Source: Gemmatimonadales bacterium (GTDB lineage Bacteria > Gemmatimonadota > Gemmatimonadetes > Gemmatimonadales > GWC2-71-9). From it: 64,000 nt of DNA. Location of the stretch: the NCBI GenBank assembly GCA_046160105.1, contig JBJXGT010000010.1, forward strand, positions 42,776-106,775, read 5' to 3'. Under the pieces are notes generated by a model. The model was given only the letters and a program-made list of their open reading frames with translations. It was not told where the DNA came from and did no database searches. The position numbers were made by a program, and so were the translations under genes. Below, piece after piece: positions 9,501 to 19,145 of the stretch (its first letter is position 1; every line of letters begins with the position of its first letter).

Positions 9501-10015
9501 CAACCGGCCCGTTCCCTGGCGACCGAAAGGAGCAGGTCGGCCACTTGGTCGGCGGACTTGGCGGAGACGTCGATGGCGACCGGGGCCGCCCGATACCACG
9601 GGGCGCGCTCCCGAGCCAGCTCGGCGAGCCGCCCGGACAGGTCGGAGCCGGCAAGCAGCGGCCGGCTCCGATCGTCGCTCAGTCGAACCGCGGCGACGGC
9701 CGGATCGACGGCCAGGTGCACCGGGACGGCCTGGCCCGTGACGGCGTCGAGCTGCCCCGGGACGGCCGCCCAGCCACCGCCGGGGCTGATCACGTGGGGG
9801 GGCAGACCTAACGCTTGGAGCACGGCCCGATGCTCCCGCTCCCGGAACGCCGGCTCGCCTTCCTCGAGGAACAGCTCGGAAATCGAGAGGCCGGTGGCCC
9901 GCTCGAGGATCGGGTCGATGTCGGTCCAGTGGGTGTCGAGCCGCTCGGCGAGGAGCCGGCCGACCGTCGTCTTCCCCGCCCCGGGCAATCCGATCAGCAC
10001 CAGATGCCGTCTCAT
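9497..10015 (-). CDS. aroK: shikimate kinase
   Basis: MRRHLVLIGLPGAGKTTVGRLLAERL (P-loop); size about 172 aa. Confidence 0.9.
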   Translation of the reverse strand: MRRHLVLIGLPGAGKTTVGRLLAERLDTHWTDIDPILERATGLSISELFLEEGEPAFREREHRAVLQALGLPPHVISPGGGWAAVPGQLDAVTGQAVPVHLAVDPAVAAVRLSDDRSRPLLAGSDLSGRLAELARERAPWYRAAPVAIDVSAKSADQVADLLLSVARERAGW

Positions 10016-10102
10016 TCGAACGACCCTCGTCCGAGCCCGGTGAGCGCCCCGTGGCGTTTCATCCGGCCGACCGCTGCCGCCCGATCACCGCCCAAGGACG
10101 GG

Positions 10103-11299
10103 TCATCGGGCCGGCCCCGATTCCCTCCACCGATCGGCCAACGCCGCCAGGTACCCGGCCACGTTGCGGCGGGTTTCGCCGACTGAGTCGCCGCCGAACT
10201 TCTCCAGCATCGCGTCAGCGAGCACGATCGCCACCAACGCCTCGGCGATGACCCCCATCGCCGGCACCGCGGTGACATCGGACCGTTCGCTCTGCGCCTT
10301 GGCAGGCGCCTTGGTGGCGAGATCGACACTGGCCAGCGGCGCCATCAGGGTGGAGATCGGCTTCATCGCGACCCGAACCACCAGCGGCGCGCCGGTGGTC
10401 ATCCCGCCCTCGAGGCCACCCGCGTTGTTGCCCTCGCGTCCGAACCCGCCGGCGGCCGGCTGGTCGGCGACGACGATCGGATCGTGCACCTCGGAGCCGG
10501 GGCGTCGAGCGGCCTCGAAGCCCAGGCCGATCTCGACCCCCTTCACCGCCGGGATCGACATCAGCATCCCGGCGAGCCGCCCATCGAGCTTCCGGTCCCA
10601 GGCGACATGACTGCCGAGCCCCGCCACCAGCCCGCGAGCGACCACCTCGACTTCGCCGCCTAACGTATCACCCGCCGTCTTGGCGGCATCGATTCGGGCC
10701 ACCATGGCGGCCTCGGCCCCCGGATCGAGGACCCGCACCGGTGACCGGTCCGCGGCGGCATTGAGTGGCACGGGCAGCGAAGCCGGGAGGGTGGCCCGCA
10801 CGCCGCCGAGCGACACTACGTGGCTCCCGATCTCGATCGCGAACTCGGCCAGAAACCGCTTCGCGACGGCCCCGACCGCCACCCGTGCCGCGGTCTCCCG
10901 GGCGCTGGCCCGCTCGAGGATGTCCCGCGCGTCGGTCCGGTCGTACTTGAGAACCCCGACCAGATCCGCGTGACCGGGCCGCGGCCGAGTCAACTGGCGA
11001 CGGGGAGCGGTGTCGGAGGGCTCGACCGCCATGACGTCGGCCCAGTTGGCCCAGTCCCGGTTGTCGATCTGGAGGGCGATCGGTGAGCCGATCGTCTCGC
11101 CGGAGCGAACCCCGGAGAGGATGGTGACCTGGTCGGACTCGATCTTCATTCGGGCGCCGCGACCGTATCCCTGCATCCGGCGGGTCAGGTCGCGGTCGAT
11201 GTCGGCCGCGACGAGGGGGAGGCCGGCCGGGAGGCCCTCAACGATGGCGACGAGCGCCTTGCCGTGGGATTCGCCGGCGGTGGTGAACCGAAGGTGCAT
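10103..11299 (-). CDS. aroC: chorismate synthase
   Basis: MHLRFTTAGESHGKALVAIVEGLPAG...RPGHADL...SARETAARVA...ERSDVTAVPA. Confidence 0.95.
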   Translation of the reverse strand: MHLRFTTAGESHGKALVAIVEGLPAGLPLVAADIDRDLTRRMQGYGRGARMKIESDQVTILSGVRSGETIGSPIALQIDNRDWANWADVMAVEPSDTAPRRQLTRPRPGHADLVGVLKYDRTDARDILERASARETAARVAVGAVAKRFLAEFAIEIGSHVVSLGGVRATLPASLPVPLNAAADRSPVRVLDPGAEAAMVARIDAAKTAGDTLGGEVEVVARGLVAGLGSHVAWDRKLDGRLAGMLMSIPAVKGVEIGLGFEAARRPGSEVHDPIVVADQPAAGGFGREGNNAGGLEGGMTTGAPLVVRVAMKPISTLMAPLASVDLATKAPAKAQSERSDVTAVPAMGVIAEALVAIVLADAMLEKFGGDSVGETRRNVAGYLAALADRWRESGPAR

Positions 11300-11321
11300 C
11301 GGTCAAAGGTAATGACCTGAC

Positions 11322-12563
11322 TCAGCGGAGCGCGCGATTCACCAGTTGACGGAACTCGACCTCGATCGGGTAGCGCCCGAACGGTGAGAATTGGGTCAGG
11401 ACGAGCCCGATCAGCTGGGTATTCGGGTCGATGAAGAAGTAGGTATTGGCAATGCCGGCCCATGACGCGGTTCCATTGCCACCCCGGAGCGGGTCCTTCC
11501 CGTTGACGATCAGGTTGAACCCCAGCCCGAAGCCGGTCCCCTGAAGGACCTGGGGTCCCACCGCCGGGACCATCTCGCCGGCCAGCTGATTGCGCAGCAT
11601 CTCGACGACCGTGCCCGATTGGAGCACCCGAGCGCCGTCGAGTTCCCCGCCGTTCAGAATCATCTGGGCAAACCGCAAGTAGTCGGCTGCCGTGGACACC
11701 AGGCCACCGCCCCCGGAAAGCACCGCCGCCGGTCGAGTGTAGTTCCCGGTGTCGGGAGAATCGGCCAACACGAAGCGGCCGGGCGCGGGCAGGGCGTAGT
11801 GGCCGGTCAGCCGGCTTCGCTTGTCGGCCGGCACCTGGAAGAAGGAGTCCCTCATCTTGAGCGGGACGAAGATCCGCTCCTCGAAGAACCGATCGAGCGA
11901 CTGACCCGAGACCACCTCGACGATCCGGCCGAGGACGTCAGTGCTGTAACTGTAGCTCCAGACCTCTCCGGGGTGCCCGACAAGGGGCAACCCCGCCAGC
12001 TTGGCGATCAGGTCGGCGAGACTGGTCGGCGTCGGCATCGCCCGATAGAGCGAGTCGACCGGGGTCTGGCCGAAGAATCCGTAGGTGAGTCCGGAGGTAT
12101 GCCGGAGCAGATCCCGCACCGTCATGTGGCGCCGCGGAGGCACCAGTCCGTCACGAGTCCAGACTTTCACCCCGGCGAACTCGGGCAGGTGCTTGGCGAC
12201 CGGATCGTCGAGACCGAGCTTCCCGTCCTCGACCAAGATCATCACCGCCGTGCTGGTGATCGGCTTGGTCATCGAGTAGATCCGGAACAGATCGCTCGGC
12301 TCCATCGGATCCTTGGCCTCCACGCTCCGGAGACCGAACGCCTTCCAATGGGCGAGGCGGCCGTCCTTCGCCACCGCCACCACGATCCCCGCCAGTTTGC
12401 CACCCGTCACGTAGGCCCGCATCGCGGAGTCGACTCGGGCAAGACCGGCGGTCGACAGGCCCACCTTCTCGGGACGTTCGGTGGGCAGCCCTTGGGACCC
12501 GGCCGCCGGGGCCAGCAAGACAAGCAGCAACAGGGACGATCGAATGCCGGTCGCGACGGGCAT
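11322..12563 (-). CDS. secreted serine hydrolase, beta-lactamase-related (class C/PBP4-like) family
   Basis: Signal peptide MPVATGIRSSLLLLVLLAPAAG and the S-x-x-K motif YSMTKPITS. ATG at 12563 with GAGGAA upstream. The track start at 12611 is TTG. Confidence 0.8.
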   Translation of the reverse strand: MPVATGIRSSLLLLVLLAPAAGSQGLPTERPEKVGLSTAGLARVDSAMRAYVTGGKLAGIVVAVAKDGRLAHWKAFGLRSVEAKDPMEPSDLFRIYSMTKPITSTAVMILVEDGKLGLDDPVAKHLPEFAGVKVWTRDGLVPPRRHMTVRDLLRHTSGLTYGFFGQTPVDSLYRAMPTPTSLADLIAKLAGLPLVGHPGEVWSYSYSTDVLGRIVEVVSGQSLDRFFEERIFVPLKMRDSFFQVPADKRSRLTGHYALPAPGRFVLADSPDTGNYTRPAAVLSGGGGLVSTAADYLRFAQMILNGGELDGARVLQSGTVVEMLRNQLAGEMVPAVGPQVLQGTGFGLGFNLIVNGKDPLRGGNGTASWAGIANTYFFIDPNTQLIGLVLTQFSPFGRYPIEVEFRQLVNRALR

Positions 12564-12789
12564 CGGGGGTTCCTCGAGGGGGTGGGAGGGGTGGGTTGAG
12601 GCTATCGGCAAGGCGGCCCGACATCAAGGGCCGAGACCCAGACCACCCTCCGACTTTCCGACCGGCGTTCAATATCCCCTCAGCGTCGTAACGTTCCTCT
12701 CTTGCAGCAGTTTGGTTACCACCCCGCCGATCGGTTGCTCACCTTGGGCGGGTGCCGAGTTGCCCCGTCCCCGCCGAGGCGGCTACCCT

Positions 12790-13362
12790 ATGGTCATGCC
12801 GGAGACGATCCGCCGGTGGACCCGCGAGGAAGTGCTGACGTTGCCGGACGACGGCAACCGCTACGAGCTCATCGACGGCGAACTGCTGGTGAGCCCGTCG
12901 CCGCGGGGCCTCCATCAGCGGGCGGTCGTCGCGCTGTACGACCTGATCGGTCCGTACGTCCGCCGCCTCCGGATCGGCTCGGTGGGGCTGGCGCCGTCGG
13001 ACCTCGATCTCCGCAGCGAGCAGGTATCCCAGCCCGACCTCTTCGTCGTCCATCGCCAGCCCGATGGCAAGGAGCCGATCGACTGGCCCGACTACGGGAT
13101 CCCCTTCTTCATCGCCGAGGTCACCTCGCCGTCCACGGCCCGGTACGATCGGATCGTCAAGCGGCGCCGCTATCAGCGAAGCAGGGTGGCCGAGTACTGG
13201 ATCATCGATCCCGACGCCCGAGCGGTCGAGCGGTGGCGGCCCGACGACGCCCGCTCCGAGATCCTCGACGAGACGATCGTCTGGCACCCATCCGGAGCCA
13301 CCGAGGAGTTAGCGATCGACCTGCCGGCCTACTTCCGCCGGGTCTGGGCCGAGGAGGACTAA
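12790..13362 (+). CDS. Uma2-family (DUF820) endonuclease
   Basis: YELIDGELLVSPSP...QPDLFVV...PFFIAEVTSPSTARYDRIVKRRRYQRSRVAEYWIIDPDARAVERW fits the Uma2 pattern. ATG at 12790; the upstream part of ORF 12481.. is non-coding-like. Confidence 0.85.
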   Translation: MVMPETIRRWTREEVLTLPDDGNRYELIDGELLVSPSPRGLHQRAVVALYDLIGPYVRRLRIGSVGLAPSDLDLRSEQVSQPDLFVVHRQPDGKEPIDWPDYGIPFFIAEVTSPSTARYDRIVKRRRYQRSRVAEYWIIDPDARAVERWRPDDARSEILDETIVWHPSGATEELAIDLPAYFRRVWAEED

Positions 13363-13407
13363 AACACCACTGGGGCTGGTCGATAGGCGACCAACCCCAG
13401 TGGTGTT
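13363..13407. terminator. long perfect-stem hairpin between convergent genes (bidirectional terminator candidate)
   Basis: AACACCACTGGGGCTGGTCG-ATAG-GCGACCAACCCCAGTGGTGTT, immediately after the Uma2 stop (TAA 13360-13362) and 50 nt beyond the pilQ stop. Confidence 0.7.
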
Positions 13408-13457
13408 ACTACTTAGGATCGGGACGAGCGATCCTACTCGAACAAGTCCGACTCGCC

Positions 13458-15308
13458 TCAGTTATCCTGGCCGGCGTCGTCGACGATCCGCGGCGTGACC
13501 AGAATGATGAGGTCCTTCCGGTTCTCAGTGTTCGTGGTGTAGCTGAACAGGCTGCCCAGGATCGGGAGGCTCGACAGCAACGGGATCCCGGTCTTGGCGC
13601 GGGTCACGGTGGTGACCGTGAGGCCGCCGATCACCGCGGTCTCGCCGTCGTTGACCAGGATCTCGTTCTTGGTGCTCTGTTTGTCGATGCTGAAGCCAAG
13701 GTCGGCCGCCGAGAGAATCTTCACCGCCGAGCGTTCGGTCTCGATGTTGAGCACGATCTGCCGGTTGTTGGTGACGTGCGGCGTGACGTTGAGCTTGATG
13801 CCGACTTCCTTGAACTGCACGGTGGCTCTGGGCGACTGCCCGGCGCCGCCGCCCAGCGAGCTCGCGTCGATGACGCGGAGCGGAATTTCTTCACCGACCA
13901 AGAGCGACGCCTTCTTGTTGTCCTTGGTGGTGATGATCGGCTCGGTCTGCACGTCGGTCAGGTCGACCCGCTCGAGCGCGGTCAGGAAGCTGGTGAGACT
14001 GAACCCGCCGAGCGCGATCGAGTAGGTGAGATCGAGCGCCGAGGACAGGACGACGGCGTCGGCGTTGGCGATCGCGGAGATCGCGTTGCCGCCGAGGTCG
14101 ACGATGTTGACACCGGGGTTGAACGGCTTGTTGTCGTTGTCCGGATCGGGCCGCTGAACGAGTTTGTTGTAGAACTGGCTGTTCGAGGCCAAGTCGTAGC
14201 GGAACCCGAGCTGCTCGACATCGGTCCGGTCGACGAAGATGATCTTCGCCTGGATCGCGATCTGGGGCGGCCGGATGTCCAGGCCTCGGGCGAAGTCCAT
14301 GATCGCCGGAAGATTGGTTCGCGACTCGGTGATGATGAGCGAGTTGGTGGCGGTGTCGGCGACGACCGAGCCCCGCTTGGAGATGACACCCTTGACGGTG
14401 TTGGCGAGTTCACCGGCGTTGGCGTAGTTGACCTTGAGCACGTCGGTCTGCCGGGGCTCGAGCGAGTCGATCGCGGCCAGGGTTTCCGGCGCGTCGACCC
14501 GAATGATGCCACCCTCGACCTCTTGGGCCGAGAGCCCGTAGGCCCCGAGCACCGCCTTGAAGGCTTCGGGCCACGGCTTGTCGCGAATCTCGGCGGAGAC
14601 TTTCACGTCGACGGACTTACCCAGGATGATCGACCGACCGCTGATCGCCTGGAAGCCGGCGATCACTTCCTGAATGCTGGCGTTGTCCCAGCTGACCGTG
14701 AGCCGGGGCTCCTGGCGCTGCTGGACCGGGCTCATCGCGACGAGGCGACGATCGCGGGCGGCGGGTAACAGGACCGACCTCTCGGCGGCGTCGGCCTCGG
14801 TGGGCTCGACGATGACGGGCGCCGGGGCCGACTGGGCCCGCGGCGTGGCCACCTGGGCGACTTGGGCAACCGGCACCGTGGCGGCGCCGGTCGACCAGGC
14901 CGTGAACGACTGATCAGCGCCGAACGAAATCCGGATGCCGTCATCGGTTTGGGCGACGGTGTACGGTTTGGCGCGATCGAGCACCAGAACGACGCGGACG
15001 GTGGTCTCGTCGAACTGGCGAACTCGCATGCCGACCACGCCGGCGCGATTGACGCCGTCATAGTTGGACTTGAAATCGGACGGGAGCACCGCGCCGGCGA
15101 GGTCGAGGACGACCCGGGCCGGGTCGGCCAAGGCGAAGTCGTTCACCGACACCGCCCCGCGGACCTGGATGGTGAGCTCGGCGCGGCCAGCCGCGGCCAC
15201 CAGGCTCATCGACCGAACTTCGCCGTCGGTCGGCTCACGATGGGCGGGCGTCGTGGCGGCGAAAGAGAACAGCGCGGCAGCGACGAGCGACCAGGAACTG
15301 AAGGTCAT
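13458..15308 (-). CDS. pilQ: type IV pilus secretin PilQ
   Basis: N-terminal AMIN-like domain. Secretin C-domain LLVGEEIPL...VQFKEVGIKLNVTPHV...GETAVIGGL...GIPLLSSLPILGSLF...LIILVTPRIV. ATGA overlap with pilP. Confidence 0.93.
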   Translation of the reverse strand: MTFSSWSLVAAALFSFAATTPAHREPTDGEVRSMSLVAAAGRAELTIQVRGAVSVNDFALADPARVVLDLAGAVLPSDFKSNYDGVNRAGVVGMRVRQFDETTVRVVLVLDRAKPYTVAQTDDGIRISFGADQSFTAWSTGAATVPVAQVAQVATPRAQSAPAPVIVEPTEADAAERSVLLPAARDRRLVAMSPVQQRQEPRLTVSWDNASIQEVIAGFQAISGRSIILGKSVDVKVSAEIRDKPWPEAFKAVLGAYGLSAQEVEGGIIRVDAPETLAAIDSLEPRQTDVLKVNYANAGELANTVKGVISKRGSVVADTATNSLIITESRTNLPAIMDFARGLDIRPPQIAIQAKIIFVDRTDVEQLGFRYDLASNSQFYNKLVQRPDPDNDNKPFNPGVNIVDLGGNAISAIANADAVVLSSALDLTYSIALGGFSLTSFLTALERVDLTDVQTEPIITTKDNKKASLLVGEEIPLRVIDASSLGGGAGQSPRATVQFKEVGIKLNVTPHVTNNRQIVLNIETERSAVKILSAADLGFSIDKQSTKNEILVNDGETAVIGGLTVTTVTRAKTGIPLLSSLPILGSLFSYTTNTENRKDLIILVTPRIVDDAGQDN

Positions 15309-15922
15309 TGAGTTTCCTCCTGCTTCTTAAGCGACACGGTTTCCTGACGCTCGGTGCCGAAGTCGTCAATCGTGAAGACCACATCCTTGGGACGCACTGA
15401 ACTGACCCGCAACCGACCGAGCCGATCGCCCGGCTTGAGGCTGTACTTGCGGCCGCCGACCTTCTCGCGCATGACCACGACGCTGCTGCCCGGGTTGCGG
15501 GTGTCGTAGTAGATCGCGACGAGAATCAGATCGGGCAGCTCGGGCCCGAGCCGGGTCGACTTGAGCAGCGAGGCGAACGGGTCGCGACTGCCGCCGGTGT
15601 AGGCGAAACTCTCCCGGTCGGGCATCGCCTCGGCGGTGATCGGCGCGGTCGAGGCGCTCGCGGTCGACGCCGCCAACGCGGCGGAATCGGGCTTGGCCGC
15701 GGAGTCGACGGCCGTCGGCGTGGTGGCCGGGGTCGTCACGGTGGCGGCGGCGGCGGTCGCGGCCGGCGGAGGCGCCGGGGTAACCTCGGGTTCCTCGACC
15801 GCGTCGGCCGTGACCGGGGCCGGGGTCAAGGCCGCCTGTTTCGCTTCCGCGTCGTCACCGCTCCCGCATCCCGAGAGGAATGCGAGCGCCGCGACCAGTG
15901 GAGCGAGCGTTCTAGTGACCAC
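15305..15922 (-). CDS. pilP: pilus assembly lipoprotein PilP
   Basis: Lipobox LAFLSGC, an Ala/Thr/Pro-rich linker, and SRDPFASLL plus a C-terminal beta domain. Position between pilO and pilQ. GTG start. Confidence 0.75.
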   Translation of the reverse strand: MVTRTLAPLVAALAFLSGCGSGDDAEAKQAALTPAPVTADAVEEPEVTPAPPPAATAAAATVTTPATTPTAVDSAAKPDSAALAASTASASTAPITAEAMPDRESFAYTGGSRDPFASLLKSTRLGPELPDLILVAIYYDTRNPGSSVVVMREKVGGRKYSLKPGDRLGRLRVSSVRPKDVVFTIDDFGTERQETVSLKKQEETQ

Positions 15923-16547
15923 TCTGCCCTCCTTCGGGTGCCGCCTGGCCCTTCACGTAGGTTCGAACCTGGAACTTCGCCTCGAGCAACGCCTTGCTGT
16001 TATCGCCTAACGCCTGGGCCTGAGCCTGGGGCGCGGCGATCATCACCACGTCGTAAGGGACGATGATCCGGCGGAGGCTCGCGATGTCCGCCAGGAACTC
16101 GCCGATCTGATCGTAGCGCCCGACCACCGCCACCTTGTAGGCGTAGGTGTCGAACGGCGACGGTCCCGGCACCACCGGCTGGGGCACCACCTCGGCGAGG
16201 TTGACGCCCCGGATCTTCGCCCGGGTCGAAATGTCGTCGAGCAGGTTGGGGACCTCGTTGCGTTCCGGCACCAGCTGGCGAAGAACCGCCAGATTGCCGC
16301 GATTGGCGTCGATCTTCTTCTTGAGGTCTTCGATCGTGCCGCGAGCCAGGTCCCGCTTGACGCTGTCGGTCTGCGCCTCGAGCGCCCCGATCGAGTCGGT
16401 CAGCGAGGCGATCCGGGTCTGTTTGGCGGTGACGCCATCGACCCCGATCATGTTGACGACTTCGCCGGAGTAGAACAGGTACCCGATCAGACCGGCGAAC
16501 ATGACGCCGAGCACCGGGGCCGCTTTGGGATTGTCGAGCAGCGCCAT
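15912..16547 (-). CDS. pilO: type IV pilus assembly protein PilO
   Basis: MALLDNPKAAPVLGVMFAGLIGYLFY (TM), then a coiled coil and a ferredoxin-like domain. The ATG at 16547 is 2 nt after the pilN stop. The upstream 132 codons of the track ORF are out-of-context extension. Confidence 0.8.
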   Translation of the reverse strand: MALLDNPKAAPVLGVMFAGLIGYLFYSGEVVNMIGVDGVTAKQTRIASLTDSIGALEAQTDSVKRDLARGTIEDLKKKIDANRGNLAVLRQLVPERNEVPNLLDDISTRAKIRGVNLAEVVPQPVVPGPSPFDTYAYKVAVVGRYDQIGEFLADIASLRRIIVPYDVVMIAAPQAQAQALGDNSKALLEAKFQVRTYVKGQAAPEGGQSGH

Positions 16548-16549
16548 GG

Positions 16550-17281
16550 TCAGTTCTCCTGGCTCTTGGCCGGTCGCTCCAAATGCGCCGCCGATTCGGT
16601 GGTAGGCCGATCGGTGGTCGCCTCGGCCCGGGTGGACCGTTGGAACGACGCTTTGAGGACGAACGCGGTCACCGCGCGATTCTGATCGAGCACCGTATTG
16701 GCCGAGATCGCGGTCACGTCTTTGAGAAACGGGGAATCCTCGAGCTGCCGGAGCAGTCGGGTGTAGCCCTGAATGTCGACGGTGCGACCGGTCACCTGGA
16801 GCTGCACTTGGGGTGGCTCGATCGGGGCTTTCACCGTGGTGTCGGTCGGCGCCGGCGGCGGCGCCATCGCGATGAACTGCATGTCGGTCAGCCAAGTGTA
16901 CGGCGGCACCGCCCGGGCGACTTCGTCCAGGATGTGGGGCCACACGTAGCGGTCGCCATCGACATTCTTGATGGTGGCGATCTGGGCTTGGATCGAGTCG
17001 CGCACCGCTTCGAGCCGGCGTTTCTCCGCCAAGAACGCCCGGAATCGCTGATTCTCGGCGCGGGCCTGTTCGAGTCGGGGCTCGAGGTCGGAGAGCTCGC
17101 CGCTGGTGTTGAGCTGCGCCATCCCGACGTAGCCCAGCCAGCCGAGCCCGAGGACCAAGGCGCCGATCCGGTAGGGATCTTTGATTTTTTGCCCGACGCT
17201 CTTCAGCTGCGCCGCGATCCCCGCGAGCGGAGACGCGTTCTTGGCGCGCTTGTGGCCGGGCTTCAGGTTGATTTCAATCAT
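16550..17281 (-). CDS. pilN: type IV pilus assembly protein PilN
   Basis: MIEINLKPG..., a single TM (IGALVLGLGWLGYVGM), a coiled coil, and the PilN-type VWPHILDEVARAVPPYTWLT. Confidence 0.8.
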   Translation of the reverse strand: MIEINLKPGHKRAKNASPLAGIAAQLKSVGQKIKDPYRIGALVLGLGWLGYVGMAQLNTSGELSDLEPRLEQARAENQRFRAFLAEKRRLEAVRDSIQAQIATIKNVDGDRYVWPHILDEVARAVPPYTWLTDMQFIAMAPPPAPTDTTVKAPIEPPQVQLQVTGRTVDIQGYTRLLRQLEDSPFLKDVTAISANTVLDQNRAVTAFVLKASFQRSTRAEATTDRPTTESAAHLERPAKSQEN

Positions 17282-17306
17282 GGGAGCGCGATTACCTCCT
17301 CTTCCG

Positions 17307-18350
17307 TTACGCGGCCACCCGCAGGGCCAACCCCACGGGCAACATGAGCAACGGGGCAACTTCGTCGACGTTCATCTGATCGAAGACACCCTCGGCGACT
17401 TGAATCCGCTCGATCGGGTTGGCCAGCTGGACCGGCAGCTTGAGCCGATCGCTGAGCGCCTTGGCGAGCCCCGGAATCCGCGCCCCACCGCCCGACAGGT
17501 ACATCCGCGACAACCCGGCCGCCGACCGACTCGCGGTCTGGAGGAAAGCCGCCGCCCGCTCGATGCCCACGGCCAACTCTTCGCCCCGGCTCTGGAGGAA
17601 CGGCGTCAACACGTCGGTGACCTCGAAGCCCTGGAGAAGCTTCTGGGCCTCTTCGGCCGAGAGCCCCCGCTCCCGCTGGAGATCTTCCCTGAATCGACGA
17701 GTGCCAACCGGGAGGTCTCGGGTCAGCACCGGGACACCCTCGTCGAGAATGTTCACGTTGGTCAGCTCATGGCCGATGTTCACCAAACCGACCACGCCCT
17801 TCATCGCATCGGGGTAGTTGACCTCGAACGCGTTGTGCAGGGCGAACGCATCGACGTCGATGACCGACGGCTCGATGCCGATTTCCTTGAGGAGCGACAT
17901 CTTGGTTTCGACCAGCTCTCGCTTGGCCGCCACCAGGAGCACGGACATCTGGAGACCTTCGCTCTCGGGATCCAAGATCTGAAAGTCGAGCTCGACGTTG
18001 TCCATGTCGAACGGCACGTGCTGCTCCGCTTCCCAGCGAATCAGCTCCCGCGCCTCGCCCTCCTTCATCCGATCCATCGGAATCCGCTTGACGATCACGT
18101 CGCGACCGCCGACAGCGGTCACCACGTTCTTCGGCTTGATGCCCATGTCGGCGAACAGTCCCCGGATCGCCTCGGCGACGATGCCCGGATCCATGACTTC
18201 GCCTTCGACGATCGCATCGTCGACCACCGTGGCCATCGCCACCTTGGACAGGACCGGTTCTCCGGTCCCATGCGACACTACCGCAACCTTGATCAGGCCG
18301 CTGCCGATGTCGAGGCCGATTGTCGTGCGTGCGCGGCTAAAAAGTCCCAT
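17307..18350 (-). CDS. pilM: type IV pilus assembly protein PilM (actin-like ATPase fold)
   Basis: MGLFSRARTTIGLDIGSGLIKVAVV...YLSGGGARIPGLAKAL. ATG at 18350; the track start at 18368 is TTG. Confidence 0.9.
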   Translation of the reverse strand: MGLFSRARTTIGLDIGSGLIKVAVVSHGTGEPVLSKVAMATVVDDAIVEGEVMDPGIVAEAIRGLFADMGIKPKNVVTAVGGRDVIVKRIPMDRMKEGEARELIRWEAEQHVPFDMDNVELDFQILDPESEGLQMSVLLVAAKRELVETKMSLLKEIGIEPSVIDVDAFALHNAFEVNYPDAMKGVVGLVNIGHELTNVNILDEGVPVLTRDLPVGTRRFREDLQRERGLSAEEAQKLLQGFEVTDVLTPFLQSRGEELAVGIERAAAFLQTASRSAAGLSRMYLSGGGARIPGLAKALSDRLKLPVQLANPIERIQVAEGVFDQMNVDEVAPLLMLPVGLALRVAA

Positions 18351-18549
18351 AGTCCGCCCGAGTGCCAAGATGGTTTACAGTCACGCCAGGAGTAGCGCAA
18401 ACCTCTGTCAGTCACAGCGATCAACCCCCGATCGCCTTCCCTAAAGACTTACTCTGCAACAACTTGCAGAACTCTATCGACGGCGGCACCGACCGAATCG
18501 GTCGGCTTCTCGCGAGTCGACCCACTTTGCCCATCACTCGGTGTCGGGG

Positions 18550-18564
18550 GCAACCGCTATGCCA
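18550..18564 (-). promoter_or_regulatory. candidate sigma54 (-24/-12) promoter upstream of pilM
   Basis: The minus strand reads TGGCAT-agcgg-TTGC with correct GG-N10-GC spacing, about 200 nt upstream of the pilM ATG. Confidence 0.4.
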
Positions 18565-18713
18565 TCGCTGGCAGCCCCCTGCTGCTACTGGCATCGGCGC
18601 GTTTAACTCGTTATTCGACTTCAGTTTGGCGGTTCCAATCGCGCCCACTGGCTCCCCAGGCGACGTTCCAACCGTCGAAACTTTTCGCAAAGATCCGGTC
18701 GCCTGGCGAAGCG

Positions 18714-19145
18714 CTACTGGAAACCCGCCACCCAGGGTCTCCTGATCGGTACCGCGTACCGAGTGCTGTCAACGGGATTGACGTACACATGAACGATAAT
18801 GCCGGCGCGGGCCCGAGCCCGAGGCCGGCCCGCCGCGTCGCGAATTTCCGCGAAACCATCGAGGAGCCAGAGGTCGCCGCGAAGCCACTCGGCTCGGAGG
18901 CGCACGCTGGTCGCCGGTCGAGGCGACGCCACTCCGACGACGACCTGGTAGCCCGGGACGGCCCCGGCCGTCGAATCGAGCCAGCTGCCCGAGAGGGCCC
19001 CCACGACTCCGGCGCGGGCCGCGCCTTCAGCTGCCATGGCCAGGAACGCCTCCCGCGTTTGGCGGACACCCCCATCGCCAGCGGCCGCCGCCAACGCCGC
19101 GACCGCCGAGCCGAAACCGATCGCGATCAAGACGACGAGGATCAT
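18714..19145 (-). CDS. hypothetical membrane-anchored protein, possible PilX-like pilus component
   Basis: N-terminal hydrophobic helix MILVVLIAIGFGSAVAALAAAA without a G/FTLxE prepilin site. ATGA overlap with the PilW-like gene upstream. Confidence 0.45.
   Translation of the reverse strand: MILVVLIAIGFGSAVAALAAAAGDGGVRQTREAFLAMAAEGAARAGVVGALSGSWLDSTAGAVPGYQVVVGVASPRPATSVRLRAEWLRGDLWLLDGFAEIRDAAGRPRARARAGIIVHVYVNPVDSTRYAVPIRRPWVAGFQ

Noticed and set aside
12790-13362. Uma2-family endonuclease as part of a defence or toxin-antitoxin module.
   Set aside because: It is a single gene with its own strong terminator and no partner gene. The neighbours are a serine hydrolase and pilQ. Uma2 genes are commonly solitary.
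18362-18367. TGGCAC hexamer (minus strand) immediately upstream of the pilM ATG.
   Set aside because: No TTGC/GC element occurs at the required distance, and it would leave no 5' UTR. It lies inside the TTG-extended version of the ORF.
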